From positions 160,001 to 224,000 of the forward strand of contig CAWCUS010000004.1 in the NCBI GenBank assembly GCA_963798845.1: 64,000 nt of DNA, in the 5' to 3' direction. The notes beneath the pieces are model-generated. The model was given only the letters and a program-made list of their open reading frames with translations, searched no databases and was not told the origin of the DNA. The position numbers and the translations under genes are program-made. Positions 31,308 through 41,987 of the stretch are shown here, one piece after another. Source of the DNA: an uncultured Gemmatimonadales bacterium (GTDB lineage Bacteria > Gemmatimonadota > Gemmatimonadetes > Longimicrobiales > RSA9). Position 1 is the stretch's first letter, and every line of letters starts with the position of its first letter.

Positions 31308-33970
31308 GTGGGCCCGCGGAGCGCCTCGCCACCGCCCTGGCGGACCGCTACCGCCTCGAGCGCGAGCTCGGCGCGGGCGGCATGGCCACCGTGTACCTCG
31401 CCGAGGACCTGAAGCACCAGCGGCAGGTGGCCATCAAGGTGCTCAAGCCGGAGCTGGCCGCGGTGCTCGGCGCCGAGCGCTTCGTCCAGGAGATCACCAC
31501 CACCGCCCAGCTCCAGCACCCCCACATCCTGCCGCTCTTCGACTCCGGCACCGCCGACGGCTTCCTGTTCTACGTCATGCCGTACGTGGAGGGGGAGACG
31601 CTGCGGGACAAGCTCAACCGGGAGACGCAGCTGGGCGTGGGCGAGGCGGTCCGGATCGCCCGGGAAGTGGCCGACGCGCTGGACTACGCGCACCGCCACG
31701 GCGTGATCCACCGGGACATCAAGCCGGAGAACATCCTGCTGCACGACGGGCGGCCAATGGTGGCGGACTTCGGGATCGCGCTGGCGGTCTCCGCGGCGGC
31801 GGGCGGGCGCATGACCGAGACGGGGCTCAGCCTCGGCACGCCGCACTACATGAGCCCGGAGCAGGCGACGGCGGAGAAGGAACTCACCGGCCGGTCCGAC
31901 GTCTACTCGCTGGCGAGCGTGCTTTACGAGATGCTCACCGGCGACCCGCCGCACACGGGGTCCTCCGCGCAGCAGATCATCGTGAAGATCATCGCGGACG
32001 AGGCGCGGCCGGTGCGGGAGGTGAGGAAGTCGGTTCCGCCGAACGTCGCGGCGGCTGTCTCCAAGGCGCTGGAGAAGCTGCCAGCCGACCGCTTCGAGAG
32101 CGCGCGGGCGTTCGCGGACGCCCTGGCCGACGTGCACTTCTCCGCCGGTGTGGCAGCGGGCGCGCTGCCGAGCGGTGCCATCACCGTTCGCAAAGTGTCC
32201 CGCCACCCGCTCGTGCTCGGCCTGGCTGCGGCTCTCGTCGTCACCGCCGGGTTCGCGGTGTCGCAAGGGCGTGCCGCGCACCGCGAGGCGCCGCGTCCCG
32301 TGGTTCGGCTCACGATCGGCTTGCCCTCCACGATGCTCATCTCCAACGCGGGCATCGGGACGAACGTGGCCGTCTCCCGGGACGGAAGCATGGTCGCCTA
32401 TGCGCTTGCCGATTCGACGGGTACGTCGCAGCTGTACGTTCGGCCGCTCAGCGAGCGCGATGCCCGCGTGATCCCCGGCACGGACGGAGCGCAGCAGCCC
32501 TGTTTTTCGCCCGATGGCAAGTGGATCGCCTACTTCGTCGGCACCACCGTCCGGAAGGTCCGGACCGCCGGTGGCACACCGGTGCAGGTCGGCGACGCCG
32601 GCGCTCCTTCCATCGGGATATCGTGGAGCGCGTCCGGTCTGATCATCGTTGCCGCCGTGCCCGGCCTCGTCGTCCTTCCGGAGGACGGCGGCGCCTCGCG
32701 CTTGATTGCCGGGGTGGACTCGCCCGCAAGTGAATCCTACAGGCAGCCGCTCGCGCTGCCGGACGGAAAGACGGCGCTGTTCACCATTACGCCGGCGGAG
32801 GGGCTGGCCGAGACCCATCTGGCCGAAGTGACGCTGGAAACGGGGGCAGTTCGACGCTTCGACATGACGCTCCTGGACGTTCTGGGCTACGTGGATGGGA
32901 CTCTCGTCTACGTCCTGCCCTCCGGCGCCCTCATGGGCGTTCCCTTCGATCTCGCCGGCGGGAGGCCGACCGGCACGCCGGTGGCGCTCGGCCCCCTGGC
33001 CGCCACGACGCTGGCTGCAGCAGCCACTGCGGACCTGTCACCTACCGGGACCCTCGTGTACGAGCCGGCTACCCGGGAAGGGACGCTGGGGTGGGTCCAG
33101 CCGCGCGGTCAGTTCACAGCGGTCCTGTCCAGGCCCGAAGCCTACGCCTTTCCCCGGCTCTCTCCCGACGGGAAGCGCATCGCGGTGGCGGTGGGCGCCG
33201 AAGGACGCTCGGACATCCTGCTCTACGACCTCGTGTCAGGCACGCCGACGCGGATCACCAACTCCGGCACCCAGAACGATCGCCCGGAGTGGACCCCCGA
33301 TGGACGTCGGGTGCTCTATCGCTCGGATCGCGGCGGCCCCACGGCGATCTGGTGGCAGCCCGCGGACCAGAGCGCTCCGGCGACGCCGTTGCAGGCTGTC
33401 GCGCCGCACAACTTCTTCGAGGGCGTGATCACACCGGACGGCAGGACCCTTGTCTATCAGGTCGACGACGGCGGGGCGACCCAGGCCGACATCCTGTATC
33501 GGGCGCTCCAGGGCGACACGACGTCCCACCCCGTGGCGGCGACGCGATTCGTGGAAGCGCAGCCGCGCGTGTCTCCCGACGGGCATTGGGTAGCCTTCGT
33601 GACCGACCAGTCGGGGGTGTCGCAGGTCGTGGTGCAGCCGTTTCCGGGCCCCGGCGGCCAGGTGCAGATCTCGGTCTCGGGAGGCACCGAGCCGGTGTGG
33701 GCCCGGGACGGGAAGCGGATCTTCTACCGTGATGGTCGCCACCTCGTCGCCGCATCGGTGAGCACGGCCGGCGGGTTTGCCGTCACCGGTCGCACCGACC
33801 TCTTCGACGACACCTATGTCTTCGCCCCGGCCCCACACCCCGACTACGACGTGTCGCCGGACGGCAGCAGGCTGCTGATGGTCCGGAGCACCCGGACACC
33901 GGAGTACGATATCGTCTACGGGTGGCGCAGCGAGCTGGCCGCGCGGATGCGTGGCTCCGGCGGTGGATGA
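31304..33970 (+). CDS. Ser/Thr kinase - TM - TolB/PD40 propeller protein (copy 4)
   Basis: GTG start overlapping the copy 3 stop (VSGPAERL...); sensor region closely paralogous to copy 1. Confidence 0.92.
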   Translation: MSGPAERLATALADRYRLERELGAGGMATVYLAEDLKHQRQVAIKVLKPELAAVLGAERFVQEITTTAQLQHPHILPLFDSGTADGFLFYVMPYVEGETLRDKLNRETQLGVGEAVRIAREVADALDYAHRHGVIHRDIKPENILLHDGRPMVADFGIALAVSAAAGGRMTETGLSLGTPHYMSPEQATAEKELTGRSDVYSLASVLYEMLTGDPPHTGSSAQQIIVKIIADEARPVREVRKSVPPNVAAAVSKALEKLPADRFESARAFADALADVHFSAGVAAGALPSGAITVRKVSRHPLVLGLAAALVVTAGFAVSQGRAAHREAPRPVVRLTIGLPSTMLISNAGIGTNVAVSRDGSMVAYALADSTGTSQLYVRPLSERDARVIPGTDGAQQPCFSPDGKWIAYFVGTTVRKVRTAGGTPVQVGDAGAPSIGISWSASGLIIVAAVPGLVVLPEDGGASRLIAGVDSPASESYRQPLALPDGKTALFTITPAEGLAETHLAEVTLETGAVRRFDMTLLDVLGYVDGTLVYVLPSGALMGVPFDLAGGRPTGTPVALGPLAATTLAAAATADLSPTGTLVYEPATREGTLGWVQPRGQFTAVLSRPEAYAFPRLSPDGKRIAVAVGAEGRSDILLYDLVSGTPTRITNSGTQNDRPEWTPDGRRVLYRSDRGGPTAIWWQPADQSAPATPLQAVAPHNFFEGVITPDGRTLVYQVDDGGATQADILYRALQGDTTSHPVAATRFVEAQPRVSPDGHWVAFVTDQSGVSQVVVQPFPGPGGQVQISVSGGTEPVWARDGKRIFYRDGRHLVAASVSTAGGFAVTGRTDLFDDTYVFAPAPHPDYDVSPDGSRLLMVRSTRTPEYDIVYGWRSELAARMRGSGGG

Positions 33971-33974
33971 GCCG

Positions 33975-34859
33975 ATGCGGATGAGCCGAAGTGTGGTCCC
34001 GCCCGTGTCCGACGCGCCTCCAGCCATCCGGCAGACGCCGACCAACCGCGCCGCGCGGAGGTGGGCGCGCCGGCTGCGCTGGTTCGGAGCGGAGTTCCTG
34101 GTGGTGGTGACCGGCGTCCTGGTCGCGATCGCGCTCAACGCCTGGTACCAGGGCCGCCGGAACGCCACCACCGAAGCGACGTACCTGGCGCTCCTGTCCC
34201 GGGACCTCGAGCACACCGTGGCCGACCTCCGGCAGGCGGCAGCGTTCGAGCGGTCGCAGGAGCTGTACGGCCTCACGGCCTACCGGGCCCTCAGCTCGAG
34301 ACGAGCCGGACCCGAGCCCGACTCGGTCCGCGTGGCGCTCACGCAGCTTATCGTTCGGCGCACGGCCACGCTCTCGAAGGCGACCTACGAGGACCTGCTG
34401 AGTACCGGGAACCTGGGTCTGATACGGGACCGGGCCCTGCGTGACCGCATCGTCCGCTTCTACGACGAGTCGACCACCCTGACCGACATCCTCAACCGGA
34501 ACAACGCAGCCTTCGTGGACGGACTCTACAACGGGACGCTGCTGGCGAGCGGGCTCATCCTGCCGAAGGTGCTCCCCAACCAGCTCGGCGGTCGCGGCCT
34601 GAGCCTCTCCGACTCCCTCCTCCTCGCCGGCCTCCGCGGAGGCTACGACGACGAGCCCGATCCCCTGTGGGGCCTGCCCCCGGACGACCCGGCGTGGGCC
34701 CGCGCCCGCTCCGTCCTCCTGACGCGCCTGACCACCGCGTCGGTGTCGCGCCAGTCCGACGAGTCCATGCTCGAGCAGGCCCGCGCCCTCAAGCGTTCGC
34801 TGGACGCGGAGCGTCGGCGCCTCGGGACCCTGGCTCCCGACTCAACCGCAACCCCATAA
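33975..34859 (+). CDS. Membrane-anchored hypothetical protein (DUF6090-like)
   Basis: EFLVVVTGVLVAIALNAW, YLALLSRDL, TYEDLLSTGNLGLIRD. Confidence 0.7.
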   Translation: MRMSRSVVPPVSDAPPAIRQTPTNRAARRWARRLRWFGAEFLVVVTGVLVAIALNAWYQGRRNATTEATYLALLSRDLEHTVADLRQAAAFERSQELYGLTAYRALSSRRAGPEPDSVRVALTQLIVRRTATLSKATYEDLLSTGNLGLIRDRALRDRIVRFYDESTTLTDILNRNNAAFVDGLYNGTLLASGLILPKVLPNQLGGRGLSLSDSLLLAGLRGGYDDEPDPLWGLPPDDPAWARARSVLLTRLTTASVSRQSDESMLEQARALKRSLDAERRRLGTLAPDSTATP

Positions 34860-34863
34860 CGCC

Positions 34864-35803
34864 ATGAACCCATCCGATCACGCTCCCCTCATCGCCATCA
34901 CCATGCTCGCCGCCCGCGCGGACGGCGAGACCGGCGCCGCGGAGCAGTCGGCCATCGACGACGTCGTCCAGCGGATCGGATCGCCGGACGTCAGCCGGCT
35001 CGGGGGACAGGTGAGCGCCGGGACCCTCCGGGTCGCCGACCTGGCAGGCCGCCTCTCCGATGACGAGGCGAGGCGCGCGGCGTACACGGCGGCGCTCGCC
35101 GTCTGCCACGCGGACGGCGCGACGAACGCCGCCGAACGGGGATTCCTCGATGAGCTCCGGGCCGCGCTCGGGCTGGACGCGGCCGTCGTCGCCGGGCTGG
35201 ATCGGACTGCCGGCGGGCTGTCCGCCGCGCCCGACACGGGCATGGCCACGGCGCCGGCGAAGCCGTCCTCGCCGGACGCCCCCGACGCCACGGTCGAGGA
35301 CTTCATCCTCGACCAGGCGATCCTCACCGGTGCCCTCGAGATCCTCCCCGATCACCTGGCGAACATCGCGATCCTGCCGCTCCAGATGCGCATGGTCTAC
35401 CAGATCGGGCAGCGCCACGGCCAGCAGCTCGACCTGGGCCAGGCCAAGGACCTCGCCGCCACCCTGGGACTCGGCGCCGCCGCGCAGGCCGTCGAGGGCG
35501 TCGCCATCAAGCTCCTCGGCGGCCTCGCCGGCGGCCTGCTGGGCGGCCTCGATGGGCGGGGCGGCGAGGGTCGCCACCGGCGCGGCGATCACGTTCGCCG
35601 CGACGTACGCCCTCGGGCACGTCGCCGACGAGTACTACGCGCAGGGGCGGAAGCTCGGAGCCGAGGACCTGCGAGCGCAGTTCGCGCAGTTCAAGGACGA
35701 GGCCCACACGCTCTATCCGCGGGTGGAGCAGGAGATCCGCGCGCGCTCCAGCACCATCGACCTCGGCAGCCTGACGCGCTCGCTCGGGGCGAGGCGTGCG
35801 TGA
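34864..35803 (+). pseudogene. TerB-like/DUF533-type protein with C-terminal membrane region; frameshift near 35551
   Basis: AARADG, AVCHADG...AERGFL; ...GGLLGGL continues as MGGAARVATGAAITFAATYALG only after removing one G. Confidence 0.65.
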
Positions 35804-35836
35804 CCGCGCGGCGGAACCGCGGGGCATGAGGTGGGA

Positions 35837-36721
35837 ATGACCGGCGATCTCGAGATCCGGCCCATGACCCGCGTCGAGGCCGCCGAGCTCGTGGCCTGGG
35901 CCGATCGCGAGGGGTGGAACCCCGGCCTCCACGATGCCGACGTGTTCTGGGCCACGGACCCCGACGCGTTCGTCGGTGCCGAGCTGGATGGGGAGCTCAT
36001 CGGCGGAGGCGCCATCACGTCCTACGGCGGCGCGTTCGGCTTCATGGGCCTCTTCATCGTCCGGCCGGAGTTCCGGGGCCGCGGGCTGGGCGATGCTCTG
36101 TGGCACGCCCGCCTCGACCGGCTGCGCGCGCGGCTGCGTCCCGGCGCCACCATCGGCATGGACGGGGTGTTCGACATGCAGCCCTACTATGCGAAGGGCG
36201 GCTTCGTCTTCTCCCACCGCACCATCCGGTACCGCGCCGGGATCCCGGACGGCTTCTCTCCCTCTGCCGCGGACGGCCCCGGTGACGCCGCGAGCGTCGT
36301 CCCTCTCTCCGACGTGCCCTTCGACGACGTCCTCGCCTACGACCTCGCCTGCTTCCCCGCGCCCCGCCCGGCTTTTCTCCGGCCATGGATCACCCAGTCC
36401 GACGCCCTCGCCCTCGGCTGTCTCCGCGACGGCCGTCTGGCCGGATATGGAGTCGTCCGGCGCTGCGGTGAAGGGTGCAAGGTGGGCCCGCTCTTCTGTG
36501 ACGATGACCGCGGGGCCGAGGCGCTGTACGCGAGGCTGGCCGCATTCGCCGCCGGGGGGCCGCTCTTCCTCGATGCCCCGGAGAACAACGACGCCGCGAT
36601 GGCGCTGGTGGCGCGGCACGGGATGGAGGACGTGTTCGGCTGCGCCCGCATGTACCTGGGCCCGCCTCCCGGCATCGCCCACGAGCGCGTCTTCGGGATC
36701 ACCACGTTCGAGCTCGGCTGA
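35837..36721 (+). CDS. GNAT N-acetyltransferase (tandem-GNAT, YitH-like)
   Basis: EGWNPG, FIVRPEFRGRGLG, YYAKGGF, KVGPLF. Confidence 0.85.
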   Translation: MTGDLEIRPMTRVEAAELVAWADREGWNPGLHDADVFWATDPDAFVGAELDGELIGGGAITSYGGAFGFMGLFIVRPEFRGRGLGDALWHARLDRLRARLRPGATIGMDGVFDMQPYYAKGGFVFSHRTIRYRAGIPDGFSPSAADGPGDAASVVPLSDVPFDDVLAYDLACFPAPRPAFLRPWITQSDALALGCLRDGRLAGYGVVRRCGEGCKVGPLFCDDDRGAEALYARLAAFAAGGPLFLDAPENNDAAMALVARHGMEDVFGCARMYLGPPPGIAHERVFGITTFELG

Positions 36722-37614
36722 TGCACGGCCGCGATCTGCTCGGCTACGGCCCGAACCCGCCCGATCCGCAATGGCCGGGCGGGGCGCGCCTGGCCGTCCA
36801 GTTCGTCCTGAACGTCGAGGAAGGCGCGGAGCGATCCATCCTCGAGGGCGACGAATCATCCGAGGACTACCTGCACGAGATCCCCGGCCGCCCCGCGCGC
36901 GCCGGGGAGCGGGACCTGAGCGTCGAGAGCATGTACGCATACGGGTCCCGGGCTGGCGTCTGGCGGATTCTGAGGGAGTTCCAGTCCCGCGCCCTCCCGC
37001 TGACCGCCTTCGCCGTCGGCCGGGCCCTCGAGCTCAATCCCGCGATCGGGCGCGCGCTCGCCGGGGCCGGCCACGAGGTGGCGGGTCACGGCTACCGCTG
37101 GATCGACTACCGCCACCTCTCCGAGGAGGAGGAGCGCCGCCACATCCGACGCACCATCGAGGTCATCCGGGAGTCTTGCGGCGAGCGCCCGGTGGGCTGG
37201 TACACCGGACGGGTGAGCGCCAGCACGCGCCGCCTGGTCCGCGAGGAGGGCGGATTCCTGTACACTTCCGACGCCTACGACGACGACCTCCCGTACTGGC
37301 TTCCCGGGTCGCCCCCCCTCCTCGTGATCCCGTACACGCTCGTCACCAACGACGCCCGCTACCTCCTGCCCACCGGGCCTTCCTGCGGGGCGGAGTTCCT
37401 GGGCCTTCTGACCGACGCGTTCGATCTGCTCTGGCGCGAGGGCGAGACGCAGCCCCGGATGATGACGGTCGGCCTCCACCCCCGCATCAGCGGCCACCCG
37501 GCCCGGGCCATGGCCCTCGCCCGGTTCCTCGATCACGTCCAGGGCCGCGACGGCGTATGGATCTGCCGCCGCGCCGACATTGCCAGGCACTGGACGGACC
37601 GGCACCCGGTCTGA
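36721..37614 (+). CDS. puuE: Allantoinase PuuE-like (polysaccharide deacetylase fold)
   Basis: GYGPNPPDPQWPGGARLAVQFVLNVEEG, ESMYAYGSRAGVWR, HGYRW, YDDDLPYW, GLHPRISG. Confidence 0.8.
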   Translation: MHGRDLLGYGPNPPDPQWPGGARLAVQFVLNVEEGAERSILEGDESSEDYLHEIPGRPARAGERDLSVESMYAYGSRAGVWRILREFQSRALPLTAFAVGRALELNPAIGRALAGAGHEVAGHGYRWIDYRHLSEEEERRHIRRTIEVIRESCGERPVGWYTGRVSASTRRLVREEGGFLYTSDAYDDDLPYWLPGSPPLLVIPYTLVTNDARYLLPTGPSCGAEFLGLLTDAFDLLWREGETQPRMMTVGLHPRISGHPARAMALARFLDHVQGRDGVWICRRADIARHWTDRHPV

Positions 37615-37734
37615 CCACGGCCCGCGCTCTCGGCCCCTCACAGTCACCGCAGGCGACCGGCCCGCGCGCCCGATCCGCCAGCCGCACGCCACCCGCCGAA
37701 CCCCGGTCCCCGCCGCGACGGGTCGTCGTCGTTG

Positions 37735-37765
37735 TCCCTACGGACTGTAGGGAATATTCCTACAG
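37735..37765. promoter_or_regulatory. Overlapping inverted repeats, probable transcription-factor sites
   Basis: TCCCTAC-5-GTAGGGA and CTGTAGG-7-CCTACAG, immediately upstream of TTGCGC (37771). Confidence 0.55.
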
Positions 37766-37904
37766 AACCCTTGCGCTCCCGCGGCCTGCTTCCCTGATTG
37801 GGGCCATCGCCGGCCGGGTCGGTCGGGCTTCACCGGGCGAGGCGGGAGGCGCAAGGCGCGCCCGCATCCTCGCCCGTCATCATCTCTCGCTGACGGAGGT
37901 TTCG

Positions 37905-38402
37905 ATGCGCAATGGTTCCGGCAGTACTGCGTCTGCTCGCGGGCACCGGCTGCTCCTGCTGATTCCGCTGATCGTCCTGCCGGCGCTGGCCACGCCGGTG
38001 GTCGGACAGGGGACGAACGACCTCGCTTCGAAGCTCATGAGCCAGGAGCGTGGCCTCTGGAACGCGTGGCGCGACCAGGATTGGACGGTGTTCCGTCGCG
38101 ACGTCGCGGATAACGCGGTGACCATGCACGCGTCCGGTCCGGCGCTGGGTCGTGAGACGGCGCTCTCCGGGATGGAGAAGAACCCGTGTGAGGTCCGCAG
38201 CTTCAGCCTGGGCGACGAGCACGTCGTCGAGGTCGCTCCGGGGACGGCGGTGGTCGTCTACAAGGCGGAGCAGGATGCGACCTGCGGCGGCCAGAAGGTG
38301 CCGGGCACGGTCTGGGCCACGTCGGTCTGGGTGCAGAAGGACGGGAAGTGGCAGAACGTGCTGCACCAGGAAGTGCCGGCCGAGGAGGACAGCGGCATGT
38401 AG
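37905..38402 (+). CDS. Secreted NTF2-like (DUF4440) protein
   Basis: RBS GGAGG; hydrophobic signal peptide; SVWVQKDGKWQNVLHQE C-terminus. Confidence 0.8.
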   Translation: MRNGSGSTASARGHRLLLLIPLIVLPALATPVVGQGTNDLASKLMSQERGLWNAWRDQDWTVFRRDVADNAVTMHASGPALGRETALSGMEKNPCEVRSFSLGDEHVVEVAPGTAVVVYKAEQDATCGGQKVPGTVWATSVWVQKDGKWQNVLHQEVPAEEDSGM

Positions 38403-38515
38403 CGCGGGGCAGGGGTGGCGAGGCCGCGCCCATCCATCCGGCGGTGGGCGCGGCACCGCTGGCCCGGTTGCTGCACGGCGCCCCGGCGGGATCGACGGCA
38501 ACCGGTGAGGCGCAC

Positions 38516-39646
38516 GTGCGGATCGTCCTGTTCGTCCACTCCATCGTCAGTGACTGGAGCCACGGCAACGCCCATTTCCTGCGCGGGCTGATGCGGGCGC
38601 TGGCCGCGCGTGGCCATCAGGTGACCGCGTGCGAGCGGTGGAGGAACTGGTCGACGGACAATCTGCTGGAGGACCACGGCCACGGCCCGGTGGTGGAGTT
38701 CGCCCGCATCTTCGACGACCTGGACATCCGCATGTACGGCAGCGGGGAGCGGCTCGCGCAGGACGTGGACGGACTCACGCGCGGCGCGGACCTCGTCCTG
38801 GTGCACGAGTTCAACGAGCCGGAGCTGGTCTGCGCGGTCGGGCAGGCCAGGCGGGACCGGGGAGATTTCGCGCTGCTGTTTCACGACACGCACCATCGGG
38901 CCGTGAGCGTCCCGGATCAGATGGCGCGCTTCGACCTCCAGCACTACGACGGCGTCCTCGCTTTCGGGCGCTCACTCGCCGACGTCTGGCGGCGCCAGTA
39001 CGGGATGGACCGGGTGTGGACGTTCCACGAGGCGGCGGACACCACGTTGTTCTACCCGCGGGACGAGGAGCTCCGGGATGACGTGGTCTGGATCGGGAAC
39101 TGGGGAGACGACGAGCGCAGCGCGGAGATCCGTTCGTTCCTCGTCGAGTCCGCCCGCGCCATGCCCGACCTGCGCTTCGCCGTCCATGGCGTCCGCTATC
39201 CGGAAGCCGCCCGCGCCGAGCTCGAGGACGCCGGCATCGACTTCCGCGGGTGGATTCCCAACTACCATGTACCGGACGCGTTCGCACGCGCCCGCATGAC
39301 GATCCACATTCCCCGTGGCCCCTACCTCGACCGCCTGCCCGGCATCCCCACCATCCGCCCGTTCGAGGCCCTCGCCAGCGGAATCCCCCTCATCTCCACC
39401 CCCTGGCCCGATACGGAAGGCCTGTTCACCGCGGGTCAGGACTACCTCTCCGTCCGGACCCCGGCGGAGATGCGTTCGGCCATCCGCCGGCTCGCTGACG
39501 ATCCGGAGGCGCGCGGCCGCCTGGCCGAGCGGGGACGTCGAACCATCGTCGCCCGCCACACCTGCCATCACCGTGCACGTCAGCTCGAGGACATCCACGC
39601 CGAGCTCACCGGGAGGGTGAAGCGCGCCGCCGCCCGCTCCGCCTGA
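38516..39646 (+). CDS. CgeB-family glycosyltransferase
   Basis: [55 protein letters not shown]. Confidence 0.85.
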   Translation: MRIVLFVHSIVSDWSHGNAHFLRGLMRALAARGHQVTACERWRNWSTDNLLEDHGHGPVVEFARIFDDLDIRMYGSGERLAQDVDGLTRGADLVLVHEFNEPELVCAVGQARRDRGDFALLFHDTHHRAVSVPDQMARFDLQHYDGVLAFGRSLADVWRRQYGMDRVWTFHEAADTTLFYPRDEELRDDVVWIGNWGDDERSAEIRSFLVESARAMPDLRFAVHGVRYPEAARAELEDAGIDFRGWIPNYHVPDAFARARMTIHIPRGPYLDRLPGIPTIRPFEALASGIPLISTPWPDTEGLFTAGQDYLSVRTPAEMRSAIRRLADDPEARGRLAERGRRTIVARHTCHHRARQLEDIHAELTGRVKRAAARSA

Positions 39647-39720
39647 AGGGGACCGCGCGAACAGGCCAGGACGGCGGGACGGCGACCGGGCGCGCCGCCG
39701 GGCGCAGGGCCCTGCCACGG

Positions 39721-40014
39721 CTACCCCAAACCCTCCGGGTAATCGCCGCGCACGCGACGCCACCCTTCCGCCAACCCGCGCCTCGCCAGCAGCCGGGCGA
39801 TACCCACCGCCATCCCCGTGGCGAGGGTCCACGTCAGTGCGTCGCCCCAGCCCACCGATCGCGCGGCCGGGTTCTTCGGCGCCTCGTCTCCGCGCCACTG
39901 CTCCCAGACGGTCTCCAGCATGCGACGCATGGCGATGCCCGCCACCGCGGCCATGGCGAGCGACACCGCGTCCCATACCCGCTCCTCGTCCACTACGTCC
40001 CCGATCACGCTCAT
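39721..40014 (-). CDS. DUF4235-like small membrane protein
   Basis: [11 protein letters not shown]...WGDALTW; RBS GGAGAGG. Confidence 0.75.
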   Translation of the reverse strand: MSVIGDVVDEERVWDAVSLAMAAVAGIAMRRMLETVWEQWRGDEAPKNPAARSVGWGDALTWTLATGMAVGIARLLARRGLAEGWRRVRGDYPEGLG

Positions 40015-40208
40015 TCGCTCCCTCTCCCGCAGAATCCCGACCGATCGTTCGCGGGATCGTGCGCGCAAACCCGGTGCCGTACCCACCTCGGTCCCACGCC
40101 GTCCCGGCCCGCCATTCCATCGCCCCGAGCCGGCCTGGATCTTCGCCGGGAGCAAGGCGCCACTCCGGCTGCCTTCAGGTCCCGCAACGACTGGAGCCGT
40201 CACCTTCC

Positions 40209-41987
40209 ATGGACGCCGCCCGCGAGGTCCTGCGCCGCCACTTCGGCTACCCGGACTTCCGACCGGGGCAGGGGAAGGCCGTGCAGGCGGCGCTGGCGGG
40301 GCGCGACGTTCTGGTCCTGATGCCCACGGGCGGCGGGAAGAGCCTCTGCTTCCAGGTCCCCGCCCAGCTCGTTCGCGGCTCGACGCTCGTGGTGAGCCCG
40401 CTCATCTCGCTCATGCAGGACCAGGTCGACGGGCTTCATCGCGCCGGCCTGTCGGCGACCTTCATAAACTCGACCCTCGAGGCCGCGGACGTGAGGGAGC
40501 GCCTGGACGCCGTCGAGGCCGGGGAGGTCCGGCTCCTCTATGTCGCACCGGAGCGCTTCGCCAGCCGGTCGTTCATGGACCGACTGGAGCGGCTGAGCGT
40601 GGGCTTCTTCGTGGTCGATGAGGCGCACTGCATCTCCCAGTGGGGACATGACTTCCGCCCCAGCTACCTGCGCCTCGGAGACATCCGCGACCGCCTCCGC
40701 TGCCACACCATGGCCCTCACCGCCACCGCGACCCCCGAGGTGCGCGACGAGATCATCCGGCACCTCCACCTGCGTGCTCCCGTGGTGGTGGCGAAGGGCT
40801 TCGACAGGCCCAACCTCCGCTGGCACGTCCTCTCCGCCCGCAACGACGCCGAGAAGGACCAGCTCCTGGTCCGCCTGCTCCGCGACCGGCGCAGGGGCGG
40901 CGGCGAGGGGAGCGCGATCGTCTACGCCTCCACCCGGAAGCAGGTGGACGCTGTCGCCCATCTCCTGAACCGCCAGGGCGTCGCTGCGGGAGGGTACCAC
41001 GCGGGAATCGGGAGTGGGGAACGCTCGCGGCTCCAGGACGCGTTCATGCGCGGCGAGCTGAGGACCGTCATAGCCACCAACGCGTTCGGCATGGGCATCG
41101 ACAAGCCGGACGTGCGTCTGGTGGTCCACTACACCACCCCCTCCACCGTGGAAGACTACTACCAGGAGGCCGGGCGCGCCGGCCGGGACCGCGAGGACGC
41201 CGACTGCGTCCTCCTGCATGCCTACGCCGACCGTTTCACCAACCAGTTCCTCCTCGAGCAGGCGCACCCGGACCGGCAGACCACGGAAGCCGTGGCACGG
41301 CTCATGGCCATGGCCGCCGCGTCCGGTCGTGAGCCGAAGGAGCCCGACACCGTGCTCCTGCACGGCGACCTGTTCCGCCAGGCGGCGCGCCTCGCCGGTG
41401 GCGCCAAGCGACTGGAAGCCGTTCTCCGTCTTCTGGGGGCGAACGGCGCGGTAGTGCGGGAGGGGAGCGCCGCTTCCGGAGCGTGGATCCGCGTGATCGC
41501 GTCGCCGGCGCGCGTGGCTCGAGAGCTGACCCACGACGCGACAGCCCGCGACCTGGTGGAAGCCGCGCGCGCGGCACTCGACCCCGAGCTGGCGCACAGG
41601 TGGTCTCCGATGCCGCCGGAGAGTGCGCTGCCCGCGCTCCCCGCCGCGGACCGGCGTCGCCTGCTCGACCGGCTCGCGTCGGAAGGCTTCCTGGAATGGC
41701 GGCCGCGAGGCATGGGCGCCCGTTTCCGACTCCTGGAGCCGTTCCACGGGCCCGGCCACGGCGTGAGCTGGGAGGCCGAGAAGACCAAGCACCGACACGA
41801 CCTGGACAAGCTCAGACGCATGCAGGCGTACGCCTACCAGGGCAGCTGCCGTCGGCGCTACATCCTCGGCTATTTCGGCGAAGCCGCGTCCTGGCGCTGC
41901 GGCCGCTGCGACCGCTGCCTCTCACCCGATCGGCGCATCGTGCCTCGCTGGCCCGCTCCGCGGCGAAGGGTCCTGTCCAGGAAGTGA
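40209..41987 (+). CDS. recQ: RecQ-family ATP-dependent DNA helicase
   Basis: [45 protein letters not shown], Zn-site CRR...CGRCDRC. Confidence 0.93.
   Translation: MDAAREVLRRHFGYPDFRPGQGKAVQAALAGRDVLVLMPTGGGKSLCFQVPAQLVRGSTLVVSPLISLMQDQVDGLHRAGLSATFINSTLEAADVRERLDAVEAGEVRLLYVAPERFASRSFMDRLERLSVGFFVVDEAHCISQWGHDFRPSYLRLGDIRDRLRCHTMALTATATPEVRDEIIRHLHLRAPVVVAKGFDRPNLRWHVLSARNDAEKDQLLVRLLRDRRRGGGEGSAIVYASTRKQVDAVAHLLNRQGVAAGGYHAGIGSGERSRLQDAFMRGELRTVIATNAFGMGIDKPDVRLVVHYTTPSTVEDYYQEAGRAGRDREDADCVLLHAYADRFTNQFLLEQAHPDRQTTEAVARLMAMAAASGREPKEPDTVLLHGDLFRQAARLAGGAKRLEAVLRLLGANGAVVREGSAASGAWIRVIASPARVARELTHDATARDLVEAARAALDPELAHRWSPMPPESALPALPAADRRRLLDRLASEGFLEWRPRGMGARFRLLEPFHGPGHGVSWEAEKTKHRHDLDKLRRMQAYAYQGSCRRRYILGYFGEAASWRCGRCDRCLSPDRRIVPRWPAPRRRVLSRK

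Noticed and set aside
28499..33970. 1823-aa ORF as a giant protein
   Set aside because: The first 935 codons are an off-frame read of kinase 3; the real gene starts at GTG 31304
23278..33970. Diversity-generating retroelement or shufflon behind the kinase variation
   Set aside because: No reverse transcriptase or recombinase; differences are not adenine-specific; no inverted cassettes
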